Below, piece by piece: positions 29,072 to 38,496 of a stretch of 64,000 nt of DNA (its first letter is position 1; each line of letters opens with the position of its first letter). The translations under genes and the position numbers were made by a program. The notes beneath the pieces are model-generated. The model was not told the origin of the DNA. It made no database searches and saw nothing but the letters and a program-made list of their open reading frames with translations. Location of the stretch: positions 1-64,000 of the IMG/VR virus record IMGVR_UViG_3300010938_000950; one strand, written 5' to 3'.

Positions 29072-29755
29072 ATGCCAAAGTTTGATAGTCCAATTGGAAG
29101 TAAACAATTTTCTAGTCCTCCTATGAGAGATTTTAGTGTGCCTGATGAAAGTGGTTATGAACCACCACCTCAAATGCCACATCGTCCAGCGAGGCATATG
29201 AATGAACCTCCTGTATTTGATGAAATGGCTATGAGAGAATTTCAAGCACAAATGCAGCCTCCAATGGGCTCTCCGGTTCGAGAAATAACAGACGTAGAAA
29301 AGAATATTTTAGCAGCAAAGAAAGCCAAGCGTGAAGGTAAAGAAAGGCTATCAGAAGGCGCTAAACGACGTATAGAAATGCTGATAGGCATGATTAGACT
29401 GTCCAGGGAGGTTGATATTGGTGGACAAATGTATAAGTTGCAAACGTTGACTTCGCAAGAGTTGCGTGATGCGCTTGTAGCCACTGCTGAGTTTGACGGA
29501 ACTGTGGAATTCATTTTTGAAACTAGAAAACAATTACTTGCCCGTTCTTTAGTTGTAGTATCTGGAGTTGAAATAGAACAATTTTTACACTCTAGAGAAT
29601 TAGAGGATAAATTATATTTTATTGAATTACTAGACCATGCTCTTTTAACAAGATTATATAATGAATATTTAGAATTAGCAAAAGAAGCTCAAGATAAATA
29701 TAGCCCCAAGACTGATGCTCAGGTCAAGGAGGTTGTGGAAGACCTAAAAAAATAA
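29072..29755 (+). CDS. Tail assembly chaperone (G-type)
   Basis: Between tube and tape measure; ends GAC CTA AAA AAA TAA slippery site; GGAG SD. Confidence 0.82.
   Translation: MPKFDSPIGSKQFSSPPMRDFSVPDESGYEPPPQMPHRPARHMNEPPVFDEMAMREFQAQMQPPMGSPVREITDVEKNILAAKKAKREGKERLSEGAKRRIEMLIGMIRLSREVDIGGQMYKLQTLTSQELRDALVATAEFDGTVEFIFETRKQLLARSLVVVSGVEIEQFLHSRELEDKLYFIELLDHALLTRLYNEYLELAKEAQDKYSPKTDAQVKEVVEDLKK
29746..29752 (+). promoter_or_regulatory. Programmed -1 ribosomal frameshift site A AAA AAA
   Basis: X XXY YYZ heptamer in the last codons of the chaperone; -1 frame open into the next ORF. Confidence 0.85.
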
Positions 29756-30111
29756 TAAATGAACCGGAACATCGTTTTCATTGGTATTTGATGAAAATGA
29801 AGAATACTATCCATGTAGATGATCCTGAAATTGTCGAAATGGATCCGGTTCGTAAAATGTGGCTTTTTGAACAATGGTTGGGCGATCATCGTGATGATGC
29901 CGAACTAGCTAAAAATCACGCATATCTATTAGGGTCTTTCTGGAATGCTGAGGCAGTCCAGCAGATGCTTAATGATAATGTTCATGAATCCTCAGATGAA
30001 GATATGGAAGAATCCATGCGAATGGTTACGGAAGGTTTGCCTGGAATATTTGATGTACCACAAGAAAAACCTCTACCTAGAAGAAAACGTAGAGCCGCTC
30101 TAAAGGAATAA
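29752..30111 (+). CDS. Tail assembly chaperone frameshift extension (GT-type)
   Basis: -1 frame reads IINEPEHRFHWYLMKMKNTIH... continuously into track ORF 29788..30111, which lacks its own SD. Confidence 0.8.
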   Translation: MINEPEHRFHWYLMKMKNTIHVDDPEIVEMDPVRKMWLFEQWLGDHRDDAELAKNHAYLLGSFWNAEAVQQMLNDNVHESSDEDMEESMRMVTEGLPGIFDVPQEKPLPRRKRRAALKE

Positions 30112-30114
30112 TAA

Positions 30115-32472
30115 ATGGCCGATCCACCAACCCCATCAGATCCAACAACTACAGTAGCAGCTCCTACTGAAAGTCAGCTTGATGCATGGCAAGCATTAGA
30201 TAGATATGCTGCTGCTTCTGGTGCAACATTACAGGGTGTGGGAACTATAAGCTCTGCTGTTGGTGATATTTTTACTGGCCTATCTGATTCTCTTAAAAAA
30301 GCCGGACTTTCACTTAATAGCTTGTCAGATAGTTCCAGTGTTGCAGCTAGACAAGCCGGATTGCTGACCACAGCTTTCTTGGGTGCTAGGGAGGCTTTTG
30401 TTAATATCGCTAATGTTGATTCATCTAGATTAGTTACTACTGGAGATCAGCTTAGAGATTTATATGAAATTATCAAAACAGGTCCTGGAACTGCGTTGGC
30501 AGCTAAAGCCATTGAAACAGTACTAGGAGCAATGACGTCTCTTGGAGCATCTTCCGATACAACCAGGAAAGCACAACAAGAATTAAAAAGCGGAGTAATG
30601 AATACTGCAATGGCGTTTTTTACTAGCGCTGATAATGTTAAGCGTCTACAAAACTCCATGATACAAATGACGGTCAGTGGAAGCGGACTTGATAGTTTAT
30701 TAAAAGCCGTTGGATCAGATTTTCAAAATCTAGATAAAGTAAATCAACAGTATGTATCAACTTTAAATAAAGTCACAACAGCTTTAGGTGGAACTAAAAA
30801 AGCACAAGAATTAGCCGCATCATATATGGCAACTATTAATCAAATTCCTGGTGGCTTATCATTACTAACCAAAAATACAGAAATCGCCGGTAAACAGACG
30901 GACCTATTAACAGCAACACTAAATATTGCATCTGCCTCTGGAAGAGATGAAAAAGAAGTATTAGCAGACATTACCTCTGTTGTTAGAAGCTACAAATCTG
31001 CTTTAGATGATTCCAATGAGGTTGCTGGTGCTGCCGCTACACTTACAAGTAGAATGGGAGAAATAGCTGGACATCTAGGGGCTAATATTAAGGATGTACA
31101 TAGTGCCCTAATGGAATCTACAGACGCTTTTAAAATGTACGTTATGGACGGTGCCGATGCTGCTAAAATGACACAAGGCATGGCACAGGCGATGGAAAAT
31201 TATACTTCTAGTTTAGAAGCAGTTGGTGTACCAGCAGCAAATGCTATTGAAATGTTCAAAAACTACACCAATGTTATGAAGAATATGAACACTGGTCAAC
31301 TAGCATTTATTTCTACAATGTCTGGAGGCGCTGGGGGCTTACGAGGCGCTCTTAAAATGCAAGAAGATATTGCCAAAGGAAATATTGATGAAATAAGGCA
31401 AAGAGTAGAGGCAACTATCAAGAGAATAAGCGGCCCACTTATTACCAGAGAAGAAGGTATGAGAAGTGAGGCTGGAGCTGCCCAATATATGAGGCAAGTA
31501 CAAATTTTACAACAGGGCCCCCTCAGCAGTATGGCTCGTTCTCCAGCCGAAGCAGAAGCTCTTATTAGAGCAATGAAAGAGGGAAGAAGACTTCCAGCAA
31601 CAGAGGCAGCTAGGGCAGAAGACCCTATGAAGGGTATGCAAGATGCTATGAAAGCTGGCCAGAAAATACAAAAAGACTCGTATAGTGTTTTAGTTGACAT
31701 TAACGCCTCTCTCAATGAGTTGGTTATGCAAGCCGGCTTAGCTAATCGTAAAACCGAAAGAGAAATTCTAGGAACTAGGAATCTCGGAGCTTATGGTGGT
31801 GGAATTGGTGGTGGTGGCGGAGGTATTACACCTAGTCCAACCGGTGTAGTAGGCCCTACTACTACAGATTTAAGCAAAATTTCAGATATTGCTATCAGTT
31901 TACCTAAAACTGTTAAAGATGCTTGGGATTCTTTTAAAGAGGTATTAGGAACAGGCAACAAAGAATCTATACAAAAAGCTAATGATAAAATGTTAGCTGC
32001 CATTAAAGAGCAACAAGCCGTTTGGGGCTCCTTGTCGGACAGTCAAAAATCTGCAATGACAACTGTTCAACAAGCATTTAATGCAGCCAAAACAGAGACT
32101 GCAACAACAACACCACCAACTACTGCCACTAGACCGGGCACTACTGGTCCGGCCGTATCCCCTACAGGTACAAGACCGACCACCGCTGCTCCAAGAATTA
32201 ATTTTACACCAATAGAAAACTATGCAAGACCAGGACAAAGAATACCCGCGCCATTACCACCAACAACTAATGCACCTGCTACCACGGCAGGTACGGCAGC
32301 AAGACCAACTGGTGGCCTTGGAACGGGCGCTCCTGGACAAGCAGTTCCAGTCACTTTAGCACCAGGATCTGCAATAACCGTCAATTTTACTGGCGCATGT
32401 CCTCACTGTGGAGGAAATATCCGTCACGGCACAAATGGTGTAGTTTCACCACAATCTGATCATCCACACTAA
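30115..32472 (+). CDS. Tape measure protein
   Basis: Directly after G/GT chaperone; A/Q/K/M-rich helical composition; Pro/Thr-rich C-terminus. Confidence 0.85.
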   Translation: MADPPTPSDPTTTVAAPTESQLDAWQALDRYAAASGATLQGVGTISSAVGDIFTGLSDSLKKAGLSLNSLSDSSSVAARQAGLLTTAFLGAREAFVNIANVDSSRLVTTGDQLRDLYEIIKTGPGTALAAKAIETVLGAMTSLGASSDTTRKAQQELKSGVMNTAMAFFTSADNVKRLQNSMIQMTVSGSGLDSLLKAVGSDFQNLDKVNQQYVSTLNKVTTALGGTKKAQELAASYMATINQIPGGLSLLTKNTEIAGKQTDLLTATLNIASASGRDEKEVLADITSVVRSYKSALDDSNEVAGAAATLTSRMGEIAGHLGANIKDVHSALMESTDAFKMYVMDGADAAKMTQGMAQAMENYTSSLEAVGVPAANAIEMFKNYTNVMKNMNTGQLAFISTMSGGAGGLRGALKMQEDIAKGNIDEIRQRVEATIKRISGPLITREEGMRSEAGAAQYMRQVQILQQGPLSSMARSPAEAEALIRAMKEGRRLPATEAARAEDPMKGMQDAMKAGQKIQKDSYSVLVDINASLNELVMQAGLANRKTEREILGTRNLGAYGGGIGGGGGGITPSPTGVVGPTTTDLSKISDIAISLPKTVKDAWDSFKEVLGTGNKESIQKANDKMLAAIKEQQAVWGSLSDSQKSAMTTVQQAFNAAKTETATTTPPTTATRPGTTGPAVSPTGTRPTTAAPRINFTPIENYARPGQRIPAPLPPTTNAPATTAGTAARPTGGLGTGAPGQAVPVTLAPGSAITVNFTGACPHCGGNIRHGTNGVVSPQSDHPH

Positions 32473-32482
32473 GGATACTTAA

Positions 32483-33439
32483 ATGGCAAATTTTTCTCTT
32501 GATGATGCAATTGAAGGAATTAATAGTGTTCAGTCCACTTTAAATGGAATGAATCCTCTTACACAAAGTCAATTAGCATCTTTCCGTTCAAATGGATTTT
32601 TAGTTTCTTCTACTCCATCCGCAGATGGAAATGGTTTGCCATATACCAAAATTGCTCCTGGTGTGGCTGGAAAGATTGGAAGAAATATCATCACCTGGTT
32701 CGTTCCACAATTTGGTACTGTGAGAATGTTTATTAATCCACAAAACATTACTTACACTCACAAAAAACTAATTAGTAAAGATAGAACTAAGGGTGGATAT
32801 ACATTACAATACTGGGGAGAAGAGTTAAGTCAATTAAATATTAGTGGTACAACTGGCAGTTCAGGTATTGAAGGAATTAATATGTTGTATGAATTATATC
32901 GTGCTGAACAATATGCATTTGATGCTGTTGGATTAACACTTGCTGCTAATAATGCTGCTGCTGATTTAGCAAATAATTTAGTACAAGGTATTGGTGGTGC
33001 TATTGGTCGTGCTATTGGTGGTAATAATGTAACTGCGGAAGCGAGTGGAGCTGGTTTGCTTGGAGGTATTCTTGGTTTAGATTCTCCAAATAATAATTTA
33101 TCCGCTAGAAATATTCCATCGTTGGCAGCGCTAGCATTTGGTGTAGAAATGTATTATAACGGTTGGGTTTATCGTGGATTTTTTGATAGTATGACTATTA
33201 CCGAAAGAGCAGATAACTTCCTATTAGACTACAATATGGTATTTATGGTAACTCAAAGAAGAGGATATCGTACAAATTACTTTCCATGGCACAACAGCCC
33301 AGTTAGTGGCCCAAGTCAGTATAATACGCCTGGTTCTTTCAATGGAAATACTCAATTGAATACAAATGATAGTATTGCCAATATCGCAAATCCTGGCAAC
33401 GCTGGTGGTATAGTAGGAGCATTAGCAGGACTTCTATGA
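32483..33439 (+). CDS. Baseplate/tail tube initiator-like protein
   Basis: After TMP; MFINPQNITY..K...RTKGGY..QYWGEE...ISGTTG pattern. Confidence 0.7.
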   Translation: MANFSLDDAIEGINSVQSTLNGMNPLTQSQLASFRSNGFLVSSTPSADGNGLPYTKIAPGVAGKIGRNIITWFVPQFGTVRMFINPQNITYTHKKLISKDRTKGGYTLQYWGEELSQLNISGTTGSSGIEGINMLYELYRAEQYAFDAVGLTLAANNAAADLANNLVQGIGGAIGRAIGGNNVTAEASGAGLLGGILGLDSPNNNLSARNIPSLAALAFGVEMYYNGWVYRGFFDSMTITERADNFLLDYNMVFMVTQRRGYRTNYFPWHNSPVSGPSQYNTPGSFNGNTQLNTNDSIANIANPGNAGGIVGALAGLL

Positions 33440-36400
33440 GTTTTTTGGGCGATCTAGCAGATCAAATTAGTAGCCAATTTAATCTAGGCGAGAATACTAC
33501 AACATCTTTGGACGCAGTAATTGATGGACAAAATGTAAAGTATGGCTCTTTGGGTGATTTTGCATCAAAATTTGATCAATCTGCAGAGAGAAGATATGTA
33601 GAAGAAGGATATCTTAGGAAAGATCCTTATAATACAGATCCAAAACAATTTGAAACGCTATGGCAAGAGCCCAATGCTACCGTTTTAGTAAAGAAGAGAA
33701 TGTTTTCCTCTATTGCGGAAAACTATCGACCTGATTTTATGGATGCGGATGAAAAGCTTTATTATAAAGCTATGCGTATTCTTTTTCAGAACAAATGTAA
33801 TCAAATATCTGCACTAGAGAAATTAAGCAAGATTCAGAAAATTACTGCTGCTGTTGGCGATGTTAATGCACAATTAGTTCCACTAATTATTTCACTAGCA
33901 GACACTGCCAACAATGGGTTTGGCAGTGGAAGTAATTTATTTGGACTTTTCCCAAGTGGTGGAAACCCATTCAGTACACAGGATAGCTCTAATTTTATTA
34001 AAGTGGTAGATAGATTACGAACTTTACAAGCTTATAATCAAACTAATGCGTATACTACTTGGATAACAGATCCTACTAATTTATTTAAGTCTACTTTTGG
34101 TACTGGTACTGGTGTAATCGAAGTTACCAATTTTACTAGAATTAGCACCACAACTACTACTGATATCAAATCTCCAGGAAGATTTAGTCTTTCTATATCG
34201 GATCCATATGAATCAATGTTGATTACCGAATATGATATAGAAGTAGCCCTTAGCGATGCGACCAACTTATTTTACAATAGCAAGGCGTTTCAATTCGGTG
34301 TTACTTCATCCAATGAGGTATTGCGTAATCAACAAAATAGATTAAATAGCATTAGGCATGCTAGAAATGCCAGCCCAATTACTTTTAAAGTAGAACCAGA
34401 TACATTGTTAGGTAAAAGAGTTAGAGCAATTATTGATCGTTTGGGTGTAGAAATTCAATTTGATTATAATCCATTGGGCGCATTGAGTATAGGTGGTTCT
34501 GGCGGCGTTGATGTTAATGGGTCTTTTCTAAAAGGCGGTGACATTGCGGGATATGATGGCTTGGATACGGGGCCAGGTTATACTGGATTCCCATGGACCA
34601 ATAATGCTCGCAGTAAAAGCCACGGTAATTCAGAATTGCAAGCATTTCAATCTATCATTGGAACAATCTATCAGCAATTAACGCTACTAGCTAATTCGAA
34701 GGGTAATTTTACAGCCAATAACAACTCTTATAATTATGCGCGTAGAAAACTACGTTTTAATTTCGCTGGCAAACTTATTATACAACCAATGGATGTAGTC
34801 CATGTGTATATGAAATCAAAAAGTCAATTTGACAATAAAATATTGTCTGGATTGACACAGATGTTTAGCGGGTTTGGAATTCTACAAAATATAAACAATA
34901 CTTTAACTGCAATCACTAATGCTACAGACACATTATTTAATCCATCAGCCAATATTGCTGTTCAAGCAGAAAAGAATATGTTTGTAGGACCTGATTTTCC
35001 TAATTACCTCTGGGCAACTATGAGAGGAGAGTTTGTTAGCGAAAAAGAAGGAACGCATGTTTTTGCGGGTGTAGTTGAAACCGCATTGGATAATTGGAGT
35101 GGTGGTAAATTTACTATCGATGTTAGCGGATCTGATAACTCTATTTATTTTAGACAGGGTAAAGTAAATTTCAAGCCTGGCGCTGATAATTTCAATGGTT
35201 TAATTTTTGATCCACTTACTCCATTTAAATCAAATTTTGATTCTATCACTGTTAATAATGCAGTGCCTGGTAGTACACCTCAATTACTAGATGAGAATGT
35301 TTATTTGTTATCTCAAACAGGATCATCATCTCTAGTTAAATATAAAAGAGGCGCTCTAACTGGAGAAAAAGCCACTCAAGGAAACTATATTCAAGATCAA
35401 AGCATCGATCCGGCTACTGGACGATTAACCAGAGTATTCTATGCTCCAGATGGTCTTGCCTACAAATGGAAACAGGGAATTGGAATTTTCGTGCAAAATG
35501 GTACGATTAATACTATTAATGACCCCAATTTAGTTGGCATCACTAATCCATATCAACAACCATTTGCTGGATTAGATGTAATGAATGTCATTTCATTGTT
35601 AATTACTGGAACGCCGTATAACTATGCCACATATTTTAGGGCTACTCAAAATTTGTATGGTATTAATGGTGATCCTCAAACACAACAAGATCCATCATAC
35701 TCATTCATTAATTCTTTAAGAAGCAGTTTGACAAAAACTAATGCGCTTTGGGGTAATTTCATACCATTCAAAAACTTAATTATGAGTGAAGCTGCCATTG
35801 CACAGTCAATGCAAGCACAAGCAACCATTACCCAAAAGAATGCTGATTTAGACAATAAACTTCAACAACTTGCAGAATATCAAAGAGCATTAGTAAACTT
35901 AGGTGCAATTAATGCACTATCTACTAGTTTGCCAGATCAGGTTGGTATATCTACAAAATCTGCCATTAAAGATTTAGAGGCAAAAGTAGAAAATCTTAAG
36001 AAGAATATTAATACTTCCATAGAACAGTTTCAATCAGCCACCCAACAATTTTTTAATCAGGTAGATGTTAGTAAGTCTTACGATAGTAATTACTTAATTG
36101 ATGGTAAAAATAATCCATCAGATTCCAAAGCTCGTAAAAATTTGCGCAAACAAACCAACTATCTAACTAGGCGCATGTCTTATGATGTCCGAGGTAATAC
36201 TGATAAAAATCTATTTATCGTAGATGATTATTATGATGTCGATTACGATATTGCAGCTTTCAATAAAGCACTTTCAAAAGGTGCAGAAATGTATGCTACC
36301 GAATATAGTGATGTAGCTACACAAATTACTCATGTAGCTGACTTATTAAATTTGGAAGTATTTTGCGATTCGCAAGGTCATATAAGAGCAAGACCACCAC

Positions 36401-38487
36401 AATATAATAGAATGCCAAGTTCGGTGTTTAACAGAATGATATATCTAAAAAAGGCGCTAGGTGTTAGAATATTTCCTGCCTTCTTAGATCAGTTATTTGT
36501 TGATCAACTAACAACATTAAAAAATCGCATTGAGGTTATTGAAGATCAAATTAGATTAGATTGTGCAATTTTAGGTCATTTCCCAAGTATTGATGATGAA
36601 GGTGATATTAGAGCATCTGATTTCTTGGCTGACGCACAAGTTACTAGTGCTAAAAGTGGTACATTTAATTTCATTTCTAATTCTAGCGGAGAAATTACTA
36701 ACGTAAATAATTTGGTTACTCAAGCAAATCAAGAGGCCAAGGAAGGGACAGTTGGTAAATCATTTTCTGACTATGATCGTATTGCAAATAGTGGAACCAT
36801 AACAAAACAATTATTTGGTAATTCTGAAAAATATATTATATTACGACAAGCTTTACAGGCACAGATTGATGCTCAAAAGGGAATAAATACTGGCAGCGCA
36901 CCATCCACTTCTATATTTCAACAAAGCGTTGTACAGCAGCTCATTACACGTATTCAAACAAAATCTGGGCAATATATTACGAGTAAAGATTATTTAACAT
37001 CAGCAGGACCAAATCAAGCCATTGAAGTTAATACTGGACAGACTATAGATGTATTTAAAGTTGTTAATGAGTTAACATCTTTTATTCAAGAGTGGCAAGC
37101 AGCCGTTAAATTATTTTATCATACGATAAAAAATGCAGCAGAATTTAAATCGCTGGATGATGACGCTACTACATCTAATAGTCTATTAAATCCTGGTACC
37201 TTTAATAATGCCTATATACCAGAAGTATTTGAGCATATGATTGAAGATGAAACATATGATGATTATGGTCCAGGTTCTGGTACTAGATATGTAATTAAGA
37301 GAGCACAAATTCGTAGTTTAAGAATTGGTGAACGCGCCCCTAACTATACAAGCGTTGAAGTTCATGGAACTTTACCATTCTTTTCAGAAAATGAAGGCGG
37401 TGGTGGTCCTCCTGGATTGAATAACTTCCCAGGTGGAGGTAATGGGTTGGTTACGGCTATTGCTATAGACTATGATATGTGGCGTAACTATGGATTTAAA
37501 CAGCCCTATGTAATTAATGTTCCTTTCCTTACAGATCCTCAATCTCAATTGGGTCCGTATGCGGCCATGATACTTGCTCGTGATAGACACAATATTTTAA
37601 GCGGATCTCTTACTATTTCTGGTAATGAGTACATGCAGCCAGGTGAAGTTATTTTCTTAGAAGATCGTAATATGCTATTTTATGTTACTTCTGTAACTCA
37701 TTCACTAGATGTGGGATCTGGATTCACTACATCTTTAGAGTTATCTTATGGCCATACTATGGGCGAGTATATTCCGACTGTAATGGATACAATTGGCAAA
37801 CTTATATACAAGAATAAAGATATTGCTGATATGGTTGTTCACAGACAGGGCTCTTCTGCTAATGAAGAGAATATTGGAGTATTTCAATTATCATCACCAA
37901 ATGCTACGATACAGGTTAATACAGGACAAGAAGATAAGTCTATTGATTCATTTACGACAACTAATACTAAAGTGTTTAATAATATTCTTTATAATACCCA
38001 ATATATATTAAACTTGAATGATTCTGTTGGTAACAATGTTAAAGCTAAGATTGAGCTAAGAATTTATCACGATAATTCTACTTCTGTCAGCTCTAATTTA
38101 CAAAAGCAAGCACAAGGAATAGCAAATCAACTATTAGATCCCAATGGCGGCCCCACACAAATTGGTTATCAAAATCAACCAATTCAAAGTCGAGGACTGC
38201 CAAAAGGTTCAGTTACAGTTGTAGCTGTCAACATGGATGATCAATCATTGAGGCTGTCGCCGTCTCAGAAAGCTATAGATGCAGCTAGAAATCAAATGGC
38301 TAATAATTCTACTAATTCTGGTTCAGCCAGCTCTTCTAATCCAATAGGAAATGATGATGGTACTGATGCTTCGGCAATTTCTGCAAACAATAACGCTTTA
38401 AGAAAAGCCCTATTCAGTTATATAATTGATTGTTGGGTTACTTTTGAACAAGTTTCTTCTGAAGTAGCAAATTCAACTATAGCCTAA
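33436..38487 (+). CDS. Baseplate hub protein (gpD/gp27-like), very large
   Basis: LEVFCDSQGHIRARPP and GSLTISGNEYMQPGEVI...FYVTSVTHSL..GFTTSLEL hub motifs; position. Confidence 0.75.
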   Translation: MSFLGDLADQISSQFNLGENTTTSLDAVIDGQNVKYGSLGDFASKFDQSAERRYVEEGYLRKDPYNTDPKQFETLWQEPNATVLVKKRMFSSIAENYRPDFMDADEKLYYKAMRILFQNKCNQISALEKLSKIQKITAAVGDVNAQLVPLIISLADTANNGFGSGSNLFGLFPSGGNPFSTQDSSNFIKVVDRLRTLQAYNQTNAYTTWITDPTNLFKSTFGTGTGVIEVTNFTRISTTTTTDIKSPGRFSLSISDPYESMLITEYDIEVALSDATNLFYNSKAFQFGVTSSNEVLRNQQNRLNSIRHARNASPITFKVEPDTLLGKRVRAIIDRLGVEIQFDYNPLGALSIGGSGGVDVNGSFLKGGDIAGYDGLDTGPGYTGFPWTNNARSKSHGNSELQAFQSIIGTIYQQLTLLANSKGNFTANNNSYNYARRKLRFNFAGKLIIQPMDVVHVYMKSKSQFDNKILSGLTQMFSGFGILQNINNTLTAITNATDTLFNPSANIAVQAEKNMFVGPDFPNYLWATMRGEFVSEKEGTHVFAGVVETALDNWSGGKFTIDVSGSDNSIYFRQGKVNFKPGADNFNGLIFDPLTPFKSNFDSITVNNAVPGSTPQLLDENVYLLSQTGSSSLVKYKRGALTGEKATQGNYIQDQSIDPATGRLTRVFYAPDGLAYKWKQGIGIFVQNGTINTINDPNLVGITNPYQQPFAGLDVMNVISLLITGTPYNYATYFRATQNLYGINGDPQTQQDPSYSFINSLRSSLTKTNALWGNFIPFKNLIMSEAAIAQSMQAQATITQKNADLDNKLQQLAEYQRALVNLGAINALSTSLPDQVGISTKSAIKDLEAKVENLKKNINTSIEQFQSATQQFFNQVDVSKSYDSNYLIDGKNNPSDSKARKNLRKQTNYLTRRMSYDVRGNTDKNLFIVDDYYDVDYDIAAFNKALSKGAEMYATEYSDVATQITHVADLLNLEVFCDSQGHIRARPPQYNRMPSSVFNRMIYLKKALGVRIFPAFLDQLFVDQLTTLKNRIEVIEDQIRLDCAILGHFPSIDDEGDIRASDFLADAQVTSAKSGTFNFISNSSGEITNVNNLVTQANQEAKEGTVGKSFSDYDRIANSGTITKQLFGNSEKYIILRQALQAQIDAQKGINTGSAPSTSIFQQSVVQQLITRIQTKSGQYITSKDYLTSAGPNQAIEVNTGQTIDVFKVVNELTSFIQEWQAAVKLFYHTIKNAAEFKSLDDDATTSNSLLNPGTFNNAYIPEVFEHMIEDETYDDYGPGSGTRYVIKRAQIRSLRIGERAPNYTSVEVHGTLPFFSENEGGGGPPGLNNFPGGGNGLVTAIAIDYDMWRNYGFKQPYVINVPFLTDPQSQLGPYAAMILARDRHNILSGSLTISGNEYMQPGEVIFLEDRNMLFYVTSVTHSLDVGSGFTTSLELSYGHTMGEYIPTVMDTIGKLIYKNKDIADMVVHRQGSSANEENIGVFQLSSPNATIQVNTGQEDKSIDSFTTTNTKVFNNILYNTQYILNLNDSVGNNVKAKIELRIYHDNSTSVSSNLQKQAQGIANQLLDPNGGPTQIGYQNQPIQSRGLPKGSVTVVAVNMDDQSLRLSPSQKAIDAARNQMANNSTNSGSASSSNPIGNDDGTDASAISANNNALRKALFSYIIDCWVTFEQVSSEVANSTIA

Positions 38488-38496
38488 TAGGAACAA

